From the human T2T-CHM13v2.0 reference genome, Homo sapiens: a stretch of DNA of 64,000 bases. The position numbers and the translations under genes are program-made. This document shows positions 17,400 to 29,601 of this stretch, piece after piece. The stretch lies in NCBI RefSeq assembly GCF_009914755.1, contig NC_060925.1; one strand, given 5' to 3'. Position 1 is the stretch's first letter; the number at the start of each line of letters is the position of its first letter. Below the pieces are notes generated by a model that was not told the origin of the DNA, did not search any database, and saw only the letters and a program-made list of their open reading frames with translations.

Positions 17400-17525
17400 T
17401 TTTTTCTTTGTAGTGACAGTCTTGTTTTGCTGCCCAGGCTGGTCTCAAACTCCTGGGCTCAAGGGATCCTTCTGCCTTGGCCTCCCAAAGTGCTGGGATT
17501 ACAGGTGTGAGCCACTGCACCCACC
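17400..17525 (-). mobile_element. FLAM_C / Alu left monomer
   Basis: Single monomer: gcccaggctggtctcaaactcctgggctcaag...gagccactgcacccacc. Confidence 0.85.
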
Positions 17526-18210
17526 TACTTTTCTTAATCGTTTTTTTAAGCCCTCTTACTATCAAAAAATATATCCAGAAAAATTTTTGTTGTATACAAT
17601 CTATTATAGAACTGAGCTGTACAGATAATAAAATTAAATAGTTGTTTGCCTAAATTTGCTCTTATGAATAAAACTATTATTAAACAATTGGGAAATTATT
17701 ATCTAAAAGGTTATTGTATTATTGTATTGTAATAATCTAAAATGTTATTGTAACAATTGGGAAATTATTATCTAAAAGGTTATGTTGATGTTCTTTCCAA
17801 AGAATTCTACCTTGGAACAATCTAGAGAAGGGATCTTTGTTGATATAATGTATCCTAACGCTTCTTTGAGTAGAAACTTTGTGACAGCGTAATTTTCTTT
17901 TAATTTAAGGACATTAAGCTTAAAATGATTCATGATACCCTTTGAAATAACTATATCAATCACAAATTTAAGATTTGCAATAAGTGAGTCTGAGAAGATC
18001 AAAATCGGTCTTCTTTTCTTTTATTAAATTATGTAATTTTTTTCCACAAGCAGTTATTGAGCACTTTCTCAATGATATATATGGCATGATGGAGGGGAGG
18101 TGATAGACAAAATTCCTGTGCTTAGGTGGTTCACATTCTCAGTGGAGATGAAAGACAATACAGATGATGGTAGCTATTAGAAACTAGAAAAACATACAAA
18201 AACTGTGCCC

Positions 18211-18245
18211 ATCACTTCTCAGCCTTTCAGCTAAGATCAAGTGTA
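18211..18245 (+). pseudogene. U2 snRNA 3'-truncated (tailless) retropseudogene, U2 nt 1-35
   Basis: atcacttctcagcctttcagctaagatcaagtgta versus U2 5' end ATCGCTTCTCGGCCTTTTGGCTAAGATCAAGTGTA (4 transitions); perfect TSD aaaaactgtgccc at 18198-18210 and 18245-18257. Confidence 0.93.
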
Positions 18246-18354
18246 AAAACTGTGCCCAGCTTTAATCATTAATTGTAATTAATTTCATAACATCTTTTGG
18301 AAACTAAGGTGTTACACCTTCCCAATAATATTTACATTTTAATTCGCTTTGCTA

Positions 18355-18712
<358 letters not shown>

Positions 18713-18729
18713 GAGAGAGAGTGTCTTAA

Positions 18730-19560
18730 TTTGTATTATCTTAGAACCTTACCCTAAGACAAGATTAAAGTGCAAATAGTAATTTTGGAGATGATATGGT
18801 CTGGCTCTGTGTCCCCACCAAATCTCATGTTGAATTGTAATCCCCATTGTTGGAAGTGGGGCCTGGTGGGAGGTGATTGAATCATGGGGGTGGTTTAGCA
18901 CCATCCCTCTAGTGCTGTCTCAGTACAGAGTTCTCATGAGATCTGATTATTTGAAAGTGTGTAGCATCTCCCTCTTTGCTCTCTTTCTGTCTCCTGCCAG
19001 CCATGTGAAGATGTGCCTACTTCTCCTTCACCTTCTGCCATGCTTATAAGTTGCCCGAGGTCTCCCCAGAAGCAGAAACCTATACAGCCCACAGAACCAT
19101 AAGCCAATTAAACTGCTTTTCTTTATAAATTAGCCCGTCTCAGGTATGTTTTCATAGCAGTGGAGAACAAGCTAATACAGGAGGTAATACCAGAAATTGT
19201 AGAGCAGTGGAAGAGTGAGGGGTAGAGAAGTGATAGCAAATAAAGTGTGAATTATCAGACAATTCCCCACTGTGTGTAAATAGTGCATAATCCCTCTGAG
19301 GAACATGGGCACCAGTAGATGACACACCTCAAAATAAAGCAGGAGCTGGGGTATTTATTTATACACCAACTACCACCTACATGCTGCTCCTGAAGAAACA
19401 TTCATTCTCTGACACTTTCAGCCTACCACACATTTCACATTGACTCAGATGACCAGACAATGCCTCAGACAAAGAAATACAGGAGCTGACAGTTGCAAGT
19501 TGGGCCGTTGTGCCCTGAAGTGAAGGATGAAAAATGAGCAGCAGCATTTCCTACAGAGAG
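18730..19560 (-). mobile_element. LTR16-like (ERVL) LTR relic split by the MST LTR
   Basis: accctaagacaagattaaagtgcaaatagtaattttggag|gtaataccagaaa...gagctggggtatttat; similar to 55385-55835. Confidence 0.5.
18792..19179 (+). mobile_element. MSTA-like MaLR solo LTR
   Basis: TG...CA ends (tgatatggtctggctctgtgtccccacc...gctaataca); 5-bp TSD ggaga/ggagg. Confidence 0.9.
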
Positions 19561-22500
19561 TGAGCACAATTTTAAAACCGTTCGAAAGAGATATTTGTTT
19601 TAGTCATTCATCATCTTCCTTCAGACTACCCTTATATAACTTTTTGCATATAACCATCCTCATGTATTTTTTACAAACTTTAAGTCAAAATGTGTATACT
19701 ATTTTATATTTTATGTGTCACATAATAATCTATCACCTATTTTTATATTTTCACTTTGAAGATCACACAGTATTCTTTACAGATCTACTTAGTATTCATT
19801 TCTTCTGATACTTATTGAGTGCCCAGGCTCTTATTGAGAGCTGTGCACAGGTGCTGAGAATGGGTATAGAAAGGAATTTGAAAATTTTGAAGAATCGATT
19901 GACCTATATACACATGTGTACCAAGTTCAATGCTAGAGATGTGTTCGGTTGAAAGAGATGAAAACCCAGAAGATGGTGGTTAACTGAAGGCCATCAGAGA
20001 AGGTCCCAAATAGGGGGACAGATGGACAAATATGAAGCAGTGAGGACATGCCAAGCCAGAGGAACACCCTGTGTGAAGGACGGAGGTGTGATGGTTCATT
20101 ATTGTTAGTGTATTACAAACAAAGAGCATAAATCATTCATTTCACCATTCTCCTCATATTGGCTACTTTTTATTATTTTCCTCTCTTTGTTATTAGAGAT
20201 AATATTTCAGTGAGCACCACTGTGCTTCTAGCTTTTTATTTCTCTTAGATTATTTTTAAAATGTGAACTTCAGAAACTGGAATTACCTGGTCAAAGGAAA
20301 GACTCTTTTGTCAGGATCTTACTTTATGTCTTAACTCTGCAGAATGAATAATGTGGGAATTTCAAGCACAGTGATCCACTGGGCTAAAGGTAGCAACTCC
20401 AGTGCAAGACAGAGCCTGCAGAGAATTTTCTTTCTTGCTTGCTCTTCTGCTTCAGTTCTTGGCCTTTTCCTTACAACTTTCTACAGTGAAGTTCAGCTGT
20501 AGGCTCACGTGCTTCCTGACTCTATTTGGGTGAAAGGTAGTAAATGGAAGAGAACAGCAGAGTTAAGATGACAAATCAACTTGAATTATAATAGGGCTGT
20601 ATTTTAAATTGCTTCTTTTTCAAAGAAGAAAAAATTTTGTATCATCTGAATTGAAATAGCAACCAAAAAGCAAGTTGTTGCCTTATATAAAAGAAAACAA
20701 TTTTAATAACTTTTAAGATTATTTCAATGATTTATATTTTCTATTTCTGAAGAATTTTAACAAATATTTTTATAAAACAAATTTCATGGTTTCTGTCTAC
20801 TCATCACATCTTCAAATTAAAAGAAAAGTGACAAGAGAAAGAAAAAAGCCTTCTAAACACTTTTTCTATAGTTTTTACATAAATAATAGAAAACAGCATA
20901 GAGCAAATTACTTTTAAAATTATACAATAAGTCAGATAAAAATTTTTGTCAATATATAGAGATGTATATGAATTTGAAACAATATTCACCAAAATCATAG
21001 TGTAAATCTATCACTAAATTTTTTTTATGTCATTAAATTTTAACCAAGTCAAAAGCTAAAAAAAATGCGCTGCATTTATATATATACTTGTTTTGCTTCA
21101 TTTTTTTTCAGAATTCAAGATGCAATGCTTGATTTGGTTTATTAGTCACATCAAAAAATAAAATTAAGTAAGTGATCCTGTTTCACACAATTCCTGGCTC
21201 TTATACTCAGTAGTTTTGCTATTTTCCTGTTTTCAACTTTTCTTGATGAGTTACATACTGGAAGTAATTATTGCTTCAGATGAAATTGCTTCAGACCATT
21301 TCCAAAATGACTTATGTAACATTCCTCACTTCTTTTGATTGAAAAAAAATCATTGTTTTCAAGGGTGTATAAGAAAAATGTAGCAGAAAATCTCTCCACA
21401 TCAGTTTACCTAGTCTAGCATCCACCCAGGGTTGAAATTCAAATTGTCTTTTGGGTCATTCAGTCTCCACTCTAGCAAACTTATTTTTGAGAAGCCGTAG
21501 GAGATTTTAACTCATCTCTTCCTTGCTTGCTTCATTTAAACAAAATTTTTGAGACAGGGAATCTCCGTACCCACTCCTGGCTACTCAGAGCCACCCTGGC
21601 TGCAGCTTGTATCTTGTGCATCCCAAATCCATCAAAATGACTCAGTATGTGGTCCTCATAATTGGTGCCACCATCGGATAACTAGTCTTTGCTCAGAAAT
21701 TAAAGGTTGGTAACGGCTCATTGTAATCAGGCAGCATATTAGAAAGAGCTGTGTGTCTGGAATCAGAAAATAGTTTCATAATCTTGCACCACCACTAGCC
21801 AAGTTATCCTGGCAAGTTATTTCAAGCCTTTCTGAACCTCCATTTTAACAGTGTAGCTCAACGTTATTGAGCACCTATCATGAGACACTAATCTAGGTAC
21901 TTGGGATACAAAAGTAATTGAAAATGCCCTGGTCAATGCGCTTGAGTAGTTTATCAATATTGGATGAAACAGAAAAGTATTACAATATGATTTGTAAAGA
22001 TATTTTTTGCAGGGAGAGAATGAAAATACAATTGTCTTCCAGAGTTCTTTGTTTCTCTCAAAAATATTAAGCTTTGGTAGCACCTCTCAGAAAAGGCAAG
22101 TTCCCCTCTTACTGGAACTTGAAAGTCTTTTGACTTTTTCTCATTAATTCTTCTTAGTCCTAGTTTAAAGATATTGTATGAAGTAGTTAGAAAAAAACAT
22201 GCACATTAAGCATCCTTTAGGGATTTTGCTGCTGGTTTAGGAAAGATTTGCAAGCCCTATATTAAGTCCCTGCTGTGTTGGGTGTAGGTCAAAAGTTAAG
22301 TGGATAAGAATATCTAACCTAAGTATTGAAAGCGAATGAGGAATCATCTGACCCCCTCACTTATTTACAGGTAAGGAAATGGAGGTTGGAGAGGTCAAAT
22401 GGCTCACCCAAAGCCACACAGCCAGTGAGTGGCTGAGTAGATGCAAAGCTGGATACTGACTTTTCCTCATTCTCTCATTCATTCCTTTAATGAACACTCA

Positions 22501-22981
22501 TAGAGTATCTAATGCATACAAATTGTGCAAAACACTTCAGGGAATTTCTTCATGTATGAGACAGGCTCTCTGCTCTTCTCCTTCAATCTAATGCTGAATG
22601 TTAGCAGCTCTTTATGTCAGAGATGAAGAGATAGTTGGAAGATTGTCTATCTGAAGAGATGAGTTGAACAAAATTAAAAAGTCTGGATTAATGTGAAGTA
22701 CACAAGGTGACATGAGTCCTCAGGGTAATACGATTAACGAGCCATCGCATATTGGTAGAATCTAATGAATATTCACGCTCTAATCAAAATAGTAGCTCGG
22801 TTGAGTGAGGATAAGTGACCTGAACTGTGCCTTTGATCTTAATCTTAGGGAAAAAGAAGACAGAAAAGCAGCAGCAGGGAAATAGCTTTCTAAACAAAGG
22901 ATTAAGGAAAAGGCTTAGAAAATTAGCTGCTGTCAATTGACAAAAAATGGGAAGGAGGCTTATCTTGTGGGTCCTGTATTT

Positions 22982-23220
22982 CCTTGAGAGGTTATTTGGA
23001 GGTTCTAGCAGGGGAGTGCAGTTACTTGTATATCCTTGACCAAAGACCAGTCCTCTCTTGGAAATGGTCCTCCCCTTTGACCAAGCATGCAGCTTCAGAA
23101 GGGATGCACATGGAGCAACGAGGAAGGAAGGGGAGACTCACCTAGGTAGCCAGAGCAGCCAAATCAACCCTGACAATCAATGGCATGAAAGATTGTTGCA
23201 GCCAGATCGCCCTCACATGC
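22982..23220 (-). pseudogene. 7SK snRNA 3'-truncated (tailless) retropseudogene, 7SK nt 1 to about 240
   Basis: Reverse complement reads gcATGTGAGGGCGATCTGGCTGC...CAGGGTTGATT...CTCCCCTGCTAGAACCTCCAAA...CTCTCAAGG, matching 7SK; TSD ggtcctgtatttcctt (22970-22985) and ggtcctctatttcctt (23223-23238). Confidence 0.95.
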
Positions 23221-23906
23221 AAGGTCCTCTATTTCCTTTACAGACCTTGACTGTAATGGAATTGTATTAGAATTCCAATTAAAATCAGCTCTCCTTTAGG
23301 GAAAAAAAGAGGTAGATGAGAAGAAAAAAATAATAATCTCTGTGAATACTTTATTATGGTGCATATTGAACTATTCCTGGATGTGTTTCAGTAGATTCCA
23401 CTGTCAAGTACAGCCAGTGGGAGGGTCAGTAACAACTCACTTTTCAACACTAAGCAACTGGATTCCAACCAGAAATCCTAACTGAAAGATGTGTCCGTTG
23501 CTCCATGGATCTTTGACTATTAGAATCTCTTTAAGAACTTTCCCTCTGGTTGCAGGAGACAAAGAAGAGATAATCACAGCTATCCATTTCAGTACAAGAC
23601 TGCTTGAGATGCTGTCATTTTCTTCAAATCCCAGAAACTGTCAATTTGTGAGTTGCTATTTTTCTACCTAAATCTTACTTTGAAACTAGGATTGGTCACT
23701 TCACGCTACATACTGCCCAGTTTCTTTATTTTTTAAAAATTTTATCTTTGATTCTTTTGTTTTTATTTTCTTATTGTGTGCCTTCAAGCAGATATAACCA
23801 GGACACACTGCCTGATTTCCTTATGATAAATGGTCACAATGAAAAGAACAAAGCACCCTGGCAAGAGTCTTGGTGAATACCAACCAGTGTGTTGGTTGTC
23901 CATACA

Positions 23907-24128
23907 CCATGTCAAGTGGCTGCAGAATTCCCACAGTGTGTTCAGAGGGCTTGAAGGCAAGTACTCTGGGTACTGAGACTCTCCCAGGCCCTGGACAATT
24001 TTGCTGCTGAAAACTCATAGTGGACCATGAGTTGCAGAGAACTCATGTGGCATTTTCCCAGCCCTTGAAATAGGTTGGTTGCTCTCCAGCTGTGATGTCT
24101 CCGAACAGCTCATGGAACTAAACCAGAC
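23907..24128 (+). repeat. 222-bp unassigned direct repeat, copy 1
   Basis: Aligns without gaps to 25488-25709; about 33 mismatches in 222 bp by manual count. Confidence 0.92.
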
Positions 24129-25487
24129 TTAAAGTCTGTTGTATACCATCTGTCACATGATAAAATAACCTAATGTAGAAGTAAGGGCCATAAGTGTGTT
24201 TTATCTTATATGAATTCCTGCTTTTCCAGTCACTGCCAGGCAGGATATTAATATACCTGTCTTCTTTTCTAAGGAAATTTGTACTTGAAGGGAAGAAATA
24301 TGCACAATTTGGTTTCATATAAATATTCAAAGTTAATCCTTCCATAATGCAAATAGAAAGAGTGTGACAATATTAATCCCATTTCTAAAAAATTACCTTT
24401 GATGAATGCCTTTGAACCACTAGGGTTGTTTTGAGTCTCTTTGGGGAGAAAAAAAAAGTATGCCTAGAATAAAGCACATCAGGCTTCTTAGCTGCAACAA
24501 AATCATCCACAGTTGTAGGAATCTGTTGAGGTAGTTCAAGCCCAGGAACAGGTTTTCAGAAATGAGATGCAGGGTTTATAGTGTAGCCTATAAATTTCCA
24601 GTGCAGTTCTTGAAGATACACCAAATTCAGTGACTATATTTCGGCTCTAAATCATATAGAAACAGGCAGTGGCATGATTTCCACCTTATCTTCATCCAGA
24701 TCTCCAATGAAAACAAGAATTGCAAGAGTACATATTATTTATTTGTTTTTTCGGGGGGTTGGAAGATCTTTGCTATTTCATTTTTTTATTTAAACTGGAG
24801 CTTGGGGAACCTCCTAGGAGTTCAGCTACCAGTCAAGCTTTGGGCTGAAGCAAGCTGAACTGAGCCCTCTTTCCTAATATGTTTAGTTCCTCAGACTAGA
24901 CACATTCTGTGCACAAACAAACCATGAGAAAAGGGCACTAGTGGTTTACCACAAAGCAGATTGGGCCAATTACCATAATGCAAGTTTACTAGGCAAAGAC
25001 CACAGAGGTGACTGACTCCTGCTTCTGTATGTGGCCCTTCTCACTACTTTATGACAAGATAACTATAAAGAATTTAGACTATTTTAGGGGCAGTCAGGCT
25101 AGTCTCATTGCCTTCTTCACTGTTCTAAACAATTCCAATGTGTGGATGAGACAGGAGCTTTCCTAGTCACCCAGTCTACTACAGGTATTCCTCATAGTAA
25201 CTTCATTGTTTAATTCAACCTGGATCATGGAGGTAACATAATGCACTGGAGTCAGACAGTCTGAATTCAAATTCTGAACTCAACTCCTTACTCGCTGTGC
25301 AACTTTGATCAATATACTTAAAATTCTCAGAGCTTTCTCTTTTTCATCTGCAGTTCAATTCTGTTAAATCCAGTGCATTTTGAATCAGTAAGTACTTATG
25401 AGATACACAAACTGTGCTGGACAAAAAGCTACAAAGCTACAGAATCAGTATGGTCCAGGCTTGATGAGTTGGGGAGAGCCGCAGAAG

Positions 25488-25709
25488 CCATGTCAGGTGG
25501 CTCCAGAATTCCCATAGCATATTCAGAGGGCTCAAAAGCAAGCACTCTGGGTACTGGGACTCTTCAGGGCCCAGGACAGTTTTGCTGCTGAAAATCCACA
25601 GTGGACCATGAGTTGCAGAGAATTCACATGGCATTTTCCCAGTCCTTGAGAGAGCCCAGTTGCTCTCCAGCTGTGATGTCCCAGAACAGCCCACGGAACT
25701 AAACCAGAC
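25488..25709 (+). repeat. 222-bp unassigned direct repeat, copy 2
   Basis: Shares both ends (ccatgtca...ggaactaaaccagac) with copy 1. Confidence 0.92.
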
Positions 25710-26649
25710 AGCCCAAGAGGAAACTTGCCAAGAGCTTCTGCCAAGTTTGGAAAAGCTCAGACCTAGACTCTCCTCTAGAAACCACAATGTCTTTCTCTTT
25801 TGAGAAGAAGAAATTAGTAAGGGGGCCTAAGGACAAGGGAACTTGGCAAGGAAGCAAAGGGCATCCATAGGAGGATCTCCCCTTTGGATGTACAGAAAAT
25901 CCTCCTCCCAGGGGAAAAGAGAAGCACATCATACTGACAGGCAAGAGCCCTGGGATTGATTTCTCTGCCACTGGCCACTGTGGGAACCTCAGTCACTGTT
26001 TTCTCATTGGTCCAAAAGTAGGGTTAAACCAGATTACTGTTCAGGTTCCCGACATACCCTAAACTATGCTATGCCCAGCTTCCATCAACTCCCAGCAAAT
26101 AATCATTCTAACACGTGTTCCTTCCAAATGAACATTGAGCAGGCCCCATATGTAGACTTGCTGAAGAGAAGATCATTGACAGCAGAATCATCATGAAGCC
26201 TGCCAGAAATGAACCCAGCTACACTCTAACACAAGAAAATCCAAAATTTTCTCCTCTGCTATGTTGTCTTGCTAAAACAGAACAAGAAATTCCATGGTCC
26301 AAATCTCTGGCAAGAGAAAAATGCCTTCCTTGAAATTAGCCCCCTCTCCTCTCCTAAGGCCTATCACAGGGACCTTGTAGCTTGCTTGGCTCTAGAGGAA
26401 GGGATCTGAAGACCTCTTGGGAAGTCTGTGAACCAAGTGCATCAGTGTGGGGCAAGGTTGAACCCCAGAGGCAAGGAATAAGAAAAACAGGTAAGAGCCA
26501 GACAGTTACCTGGGTCCTAGCTTGGCCTCTGTGGGCTTTTGGACAAATTACTTTGATTCTCTAAGTGTTGGTTGATTCTCCCTCCCCACCTCACAGGATT
26601 ATTGGGCGGGTAACTATGATAGTCATTAGGGCTCTTTATGAGTATTCTG

Positions 26650-26985
26650 GTAACTATTTTCCTTGCAGCCATTTGGTAAAATTGTACTTTCCATCCCACC
26701 TCTCCCCAGCAAAAAATAAAGCATGGGCATGTGATTTGGTTTGCTCATGAAATGGGAAAAGCAGCTCGTGTCACTGCTGAGCAGAAGCTTTAGAGGCTGT
26801 GAACAGTTCTTTGTGACTCACCATGCTCTCTTTCTCTCTGTCTGGAGATTAGCAATGTTACAGATAGTGACTGTCACCCTGGGTCCCAGAGCACACAGCT
26901 GACCTCTGATGGTTATGTAGCATACTGTTGTTGCTTTTGACCACCAACACTGGGAATAATTGCAATAGCAGCATAATATAACCTA
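26650..26985 (+). mobile_element. Old MLT1 (J/K/L-type) LTR relic
   Basis: gggcatgtgatttggtttgc...gcagaagctttagag...ctgggtcccaga...gcagcataatataaccta. Confidence 0.55.
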
Positions 26986-26987
26986 TG

Positions 26988-27233
26988 CATTCTCAACAGG
27001 GGCAATATTGCCCCTCAAAAGAACAAAAATTTGTTCTTGAGTTGTGAAAAAATATATAATGGTCTATGGCTCTCCAAAAGACCATAGTACATAAACCAAT
27101 GTAAGGTATACTTGTGGTATTAAAATGTCTTGGAGGGGAAGGGGGAGTTGGCATGGATTTAGAGAAAAAAAAAAGCCTAGAAAGACTCCTTAAGGATGCA
27201 AATAATGAAAAAAAAGAAAGATTGAGAAGCATT
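26988..27233. mobile_element. hAT-Charlie-type MITE, family uncertain
   Basis: Inverted terminal cores ttctcaa...ttgagaa; internal hairpin aggggcaatattgcccct. Confidence 0.45.
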
Positions 27234-28311
27234 TAAGCCTGTCCTTACTTATAGAGTAGCATATAGATAAAGGACCTAGCATAGAGTAAGTTATTTCAGT
27301 TTACCTAGAAGAGATTCAGAGACAGTCACTATATTATTTACTGTATAATTTATTTCTTTCTCCTGTTTATTATCTTTCTCCCCAACTCATGAAGGTAGGG
27401 AGTTTTTCTATCTTGTTAGTTGCTGAATCCCTAGTGTCTAGGATAGCACTAGCACATAGCAAGTGCCCATTAAAACATTTGTTGAAGGAATAAATAAATC
27501 ATTAAGAGAGAAATGACCCCAGTTCTCACTAAACTTCCAAACATAATGAGGTGTCAGTAACACGCTGATGCAGATAGAGCAGGCCATTGCTGAAGTACAT
27601 GGGAGAAGGAATTAACCCAGATCTGGGAAGGCTCCTGGGAGGAAATGATATTTAAAGTATGACCTGAAAATGGAGAAGTTAGACAAACAAAAAGCAAAAA
27701 TCAAGGGTTGGTGTGAAGTGAATGAAGTAAGAAGAAAAAAAAATATTTCAGGCCAAAGGAATAGTACAAAGATTGCAAACTGGCAGCTATTGAGTTGGAG
27801 TTGGATTTCATCAACAGAGATGTTTTATTTGGCCACAGGGTTGGCTCATGTTTAAAAATCAAAATTTACATTAAGAACATGTAATTCCAGCTTGTCTTTA
27901 AATACTTAAAAGATTAGAAAAAAATGGCTATATTTGAATAATACTCTAGCTCTCAGTTATACACTGCCTCCATTATGGACCTTGACACTGAAAGACATTG
28001 CCTTTTATAACTGTATATATTCCATTATTTACCTCAAAAAGAATTAGGACACCAACTGATTATATACCACAGCCATGTGCCTATCAACAGCAGGAAAATG
28101 AAAGATAGACTGATAGGGGCTACAAGTTTCAAGAAAAATATAGATAATGGATTGATGTTTGGAAGAGAGGAACATGCCTATGCAAAATTCTAACCTGCTT
28201 TATTCAATATTTTGAAGGCATTTGGGGTTGTTTTCCTTGGAACAGTCCAAATAAAGGCTGAAAGATGAAAGAGCTAGGGTACATTTAAGGAATTGAAAAA
28301 GTACTCTGGCT

Positions 28312-28790
28312 CACATATGTTTATTGCAGCACTATTTACAATAGCAAAGATTTGAAACCAAACCAAATGCCCATCCATGAGAGACTGGATAAAGAAAATG
28401 TAGCACATATACACCATGGAATACTATGCAGCCATAAAAAAGAATTAGTTCATGTCCTTTGCAGGAACATGGATGAAGCTGGAAGCCATCATTCTCAGCA
28501 AACTAACACAGGAACAGAAAACCAAACACCACGTGTTCTCACTCATAAGTGGGAGTTGAACAATGAGAACACAGGGGCACAGGAGGGGAACATCACACAC
28601 CAGGACCTGTTGGGGGGTGGGGGGCAAGGGGAGGGAGAGCATTAAGACAAATATGTAATGCATGTGGGGCCTAAAACCTAGATGACGAGTTGATAGGAGC
28701 AGCAAACCACCATGGCACATGTATACCTGTGTAACAAACCTGCACATTCTGCACATGTATCCCAGAACTTAAAATGAAATAAAAATTTAA
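28312..28790 (+). mobile_element. 5'-truncated older L1PA 3' end
   Basis: End of ORF2 plus 3'UTR: tatgtttattgcagcactatttacaatagcaaag...gcacatgtatcccagaacttaaa. Confidence 0.92.
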
Positions 28791-29228
28791 ATATATATAT
28801 TATTTATTTATTTATAATATATAAATAAATATATAAATATATAATATATATTAGTTGTATATTTTTATAAATAATATATATTATTTATATTATTTATATA
28901 TTAAATTAAATTAAATTAAATTCATAGTAAATAATATAAATAATATATATTATTTATAAAAATATATAGATAAATGACTTATTAAAATCATTTCTATAAA
29001 ATCATTAAAATATATTTAAAAAGAAAAAATTATATTTATAAATAATATATATTATTTATATATTTATATATTCATAATATGTAAATATAATATATTGTAT
29101 ATATTATGTATATAAATTCATATATAATTTATATATGAATATATTTATATATAAAATATGTATTTTATATGTAAAAGACATATATATAAAAGACATATGT
29201 ATATATATAAAAGACATATATATATTTT
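28790..29228. repeat. AT-rich low-complexity tract (degenerate L1 tail)
   Basis: About 440 bp, almost entirely A/T, with repeated palindromes. Confidence 0.9.
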
Positions 29229-29374
29229 AAAAAAAAGACTTTCTCGGAAAAACTCACCCTCCCTCCCTCATCCTTATTTGGAAGCCAATGGGTACTGTAC
29301 GGTGTTAGGAGGGGACTTGAGGACCTATTGCCATTTTTGAATTTATAAAATGTATCTCTGAAAATCAGAAAAAA

Positions 29375-29601
29375 AAAAGAATGATACAATGGACTTTGGG
29401 GACTTGAGGGTAAGAGTAGGAGAGGGGCAAGGGTTAAAAGACAACAAAATATGGTGCAGTGTATACTGCTTGGGTGATGGGTGCAACAGGATCTCACAAA
29501 TCACCGCTAAAGAACCTACTCATATAACCAAATACCACCTGTACCCCATTAACTTATGAAAAAATAAAATCAAAAAAAATAAAAATAAGTAAAGAAAGAA
29601 A
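29375..29601 (+). mobile_element. L1PB-type 3' end fragment
   Basis: aatgatacaatggactttggggacttg...gtgtatactgcttgggtgatgggtgca...accacctgtacccc plus A-rich tail. Confidence 0.85.

Noticed and set aside
23907-25709. The 222-bp repeats as paired LTRs of a small retroelement
   Set aside because: No TG...CA termini, PBS, polypurine tract or TSD, and the spacer looks like ordinary genomic DNA with a MIR-like relic.
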